Origin: Candidatus Wildermuthbacteria bacterium
GTDB lineage: Bacteria > Patescibacteriota > Minisyncoccia > Minisyncoccales > UBA10102
Direction: 5' to 3'
NCBI GenBank assembly: GCA_016181405.1
Contig: JACOZJ010000004.1
Location: 5,479 to 69,478 of the forward strand
DNA length: 64,000 bases
Position 1 is the first letter of the stretch, and the number at the start of each line of letters is the position of its first letter. Position numbers and translations under genes: made by a program. Shown one piece after another: positions 63,543 through 64,000 of the stretch. Under the pieces are notes generated by a model. The model was not told where the DNA came from. It saw nothing but the letters and a program-made list of their open reading frames with translations, and made no database searches.

Positions 63543-63610
63543 GCCGAAGCCAACTGCTTGGCTTCGGCGGGCGATTTAGGCGAAGCTCCTGCGGAGCCGT
63601 AAAATCGCCC
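63543..63610 (+). other. GC-rich double stem-loop downstream of rplS (terminator variant or small structured RNA/repeat)
   Basis: gccgaagccaa-ctgc-ttggcttcggc, then gggcgattt...(gctcc-tgc-ggagc)...aaatcgccc. No T-run follows. Confidence 0.4.
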
Positions 63611-63641
63611 CGGGATACATTGAGAACTTTGTGATAGCTAT

Positions 63642-63726
63642 GCGCGGGTGGTGAAATTGGTAAACACGCTAGGTCGAGGGCCTAGTGCCGCAAGGCTTGG
63701 AGGTTCAAGTCCTCTCCCGCGCACCA
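63642..63726 (+). tRNA. tRNA-Leu (anticodon GAG), CCA encoded; anticodon loop reads TCGAGGG
   Basis: GCGCGGG TG GTG AAATTGGTAAA CAC G CTAGG TCGAGGG CCTAG TGCCGCAAGGCT GGAGG TTCAAGT CCTCT CCCGCGC A CCA. Confidence 0.82.
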
Positions 63727-63729
63727 TAA

Positions 63730-63803
63730 GCGCGCGTAGCTCAGCTGGCTAGAGCGTCTCGTTTACACCGAGAAGGCCCGTGGTTCGAATCCACGCGCGC
63801 GCA
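63730..63803 (+). tRNA. tRNA-Val (anticodon TAC)
   Basis: GCGCGCG TA GCTC AGCTGGCTA GAGC G TCTCG TTTACAC CGAGA AGGCC CGTGG TTCGAAT CCACG CGCGCGC A. Confidence 0.9.
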
Positions 63804-63839
63804 CCCTTCTCCGCCAGCTGGCGGATCACAGCAAACCAA

Positions 63840-64000
63840 ATGCCAGAAAACCGAGAACACCAAACGTTTCACGTGGGGCTGAAAGCATTTATCGCAAACG
63901 GAGAGAAACTTTTGATTCTTCAAGATCCCGAAGGATTTTTGGAACTCCCCGGAGGCAGAACCGAAAAGCAGGAAATTTATAAGCCCCTTGAACAAATACT
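63840..64000 (+). CDS. NUDIX hydrolase, N-terminal fragment (runs off the window)
   Basis: MPENREHQTFHVGLKAFIANGEKLLILQDPEGFLELPGGRTEKQE is the start of a Nudix fold (LPGG...E). It is not in the ORF track because no stop lies inside the window. Confidence 0.6.
   Translation, partial: MPENREHQTFHVGLKAFIANGEKLLILQDPEGFLELPGGRTEKQEIYKPLEQI

Noticed and set aside
63741-63995. 84-aa minus-strand ORF
   Set aside because: It overlaps tRNA-Val(TAC) and is antisense to a recognisable NUDIX N-terminus.

Overview
Gene-dense 64-kb bacterial window read with the standard genetic code: about 60 CDS and 9 tRNAs, no rRNA, no CRISPR array, no recognisable transposase or integrase. The gene content suggests a small-genome Patescibacteria/CPR-like bacterium (inference only). 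It includes a split type IV pilus locus flanked by dprA and comF, a lamin-tail-domain protein, VirB2-like mini-pilins, a fused membrane/spermidine-synthase protein, short housekeeping enzymes and tRNAs abutting ORFs. Layout: (1) 1-21.6 kb, minus-strand housekeeping genes (dprA, rodA/ftsW-family, ligA) plus two type IV pilus blocks. These are pilD, tip/minor pilins and a 996-aa LamG protein, then pilMNO-pilB-REC-pilT-pilC-pilA. A plus-strand BNR/sialidase-like gene and a Wzy_C (O-antigen-ligase-like) gene sit between them. (2) 21.6-40 kb, mixed housekeeping genes (comF, recG, tsaD, valS, hsp20, GT2, fused Ldt/DD-carboxypeptidase), a SET-domain protein, a C-terminal Hint-domain protein and five tRNAs. 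(3) 40-49 kb, accessory envelope region: a GC-rich PT-linker lipoprotein, two methyltransferases, a PAP2 protein and five genes sharing a VirB2/TrbC-like two-helix module, two of them giant fusions. (4) 49-64 kb, gyrA, rpsA, an LTD protein coupled to vapBC, ftsH, rluA-family, rplS and four tRNAs. This part also holds a locus of two paralogous ATP-grasp-like genes, each followed by a GC-rich gene of foreign composition with its own terminator. The most interesting signals are the pilin-module array, the twin ATP-grasp locus, hairpin-rich and heptamer-periodic insertions lying in frame inside conserved genes (tsaD, ligA, pilD, gyrA), a tRNA-Ile(UAU) overlapping the ftsH stop codon, and tRNA-ORF junctions of only 4 nt. 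All calls come from reading the sequence and ORF translations by eye. No searches or computations were run.
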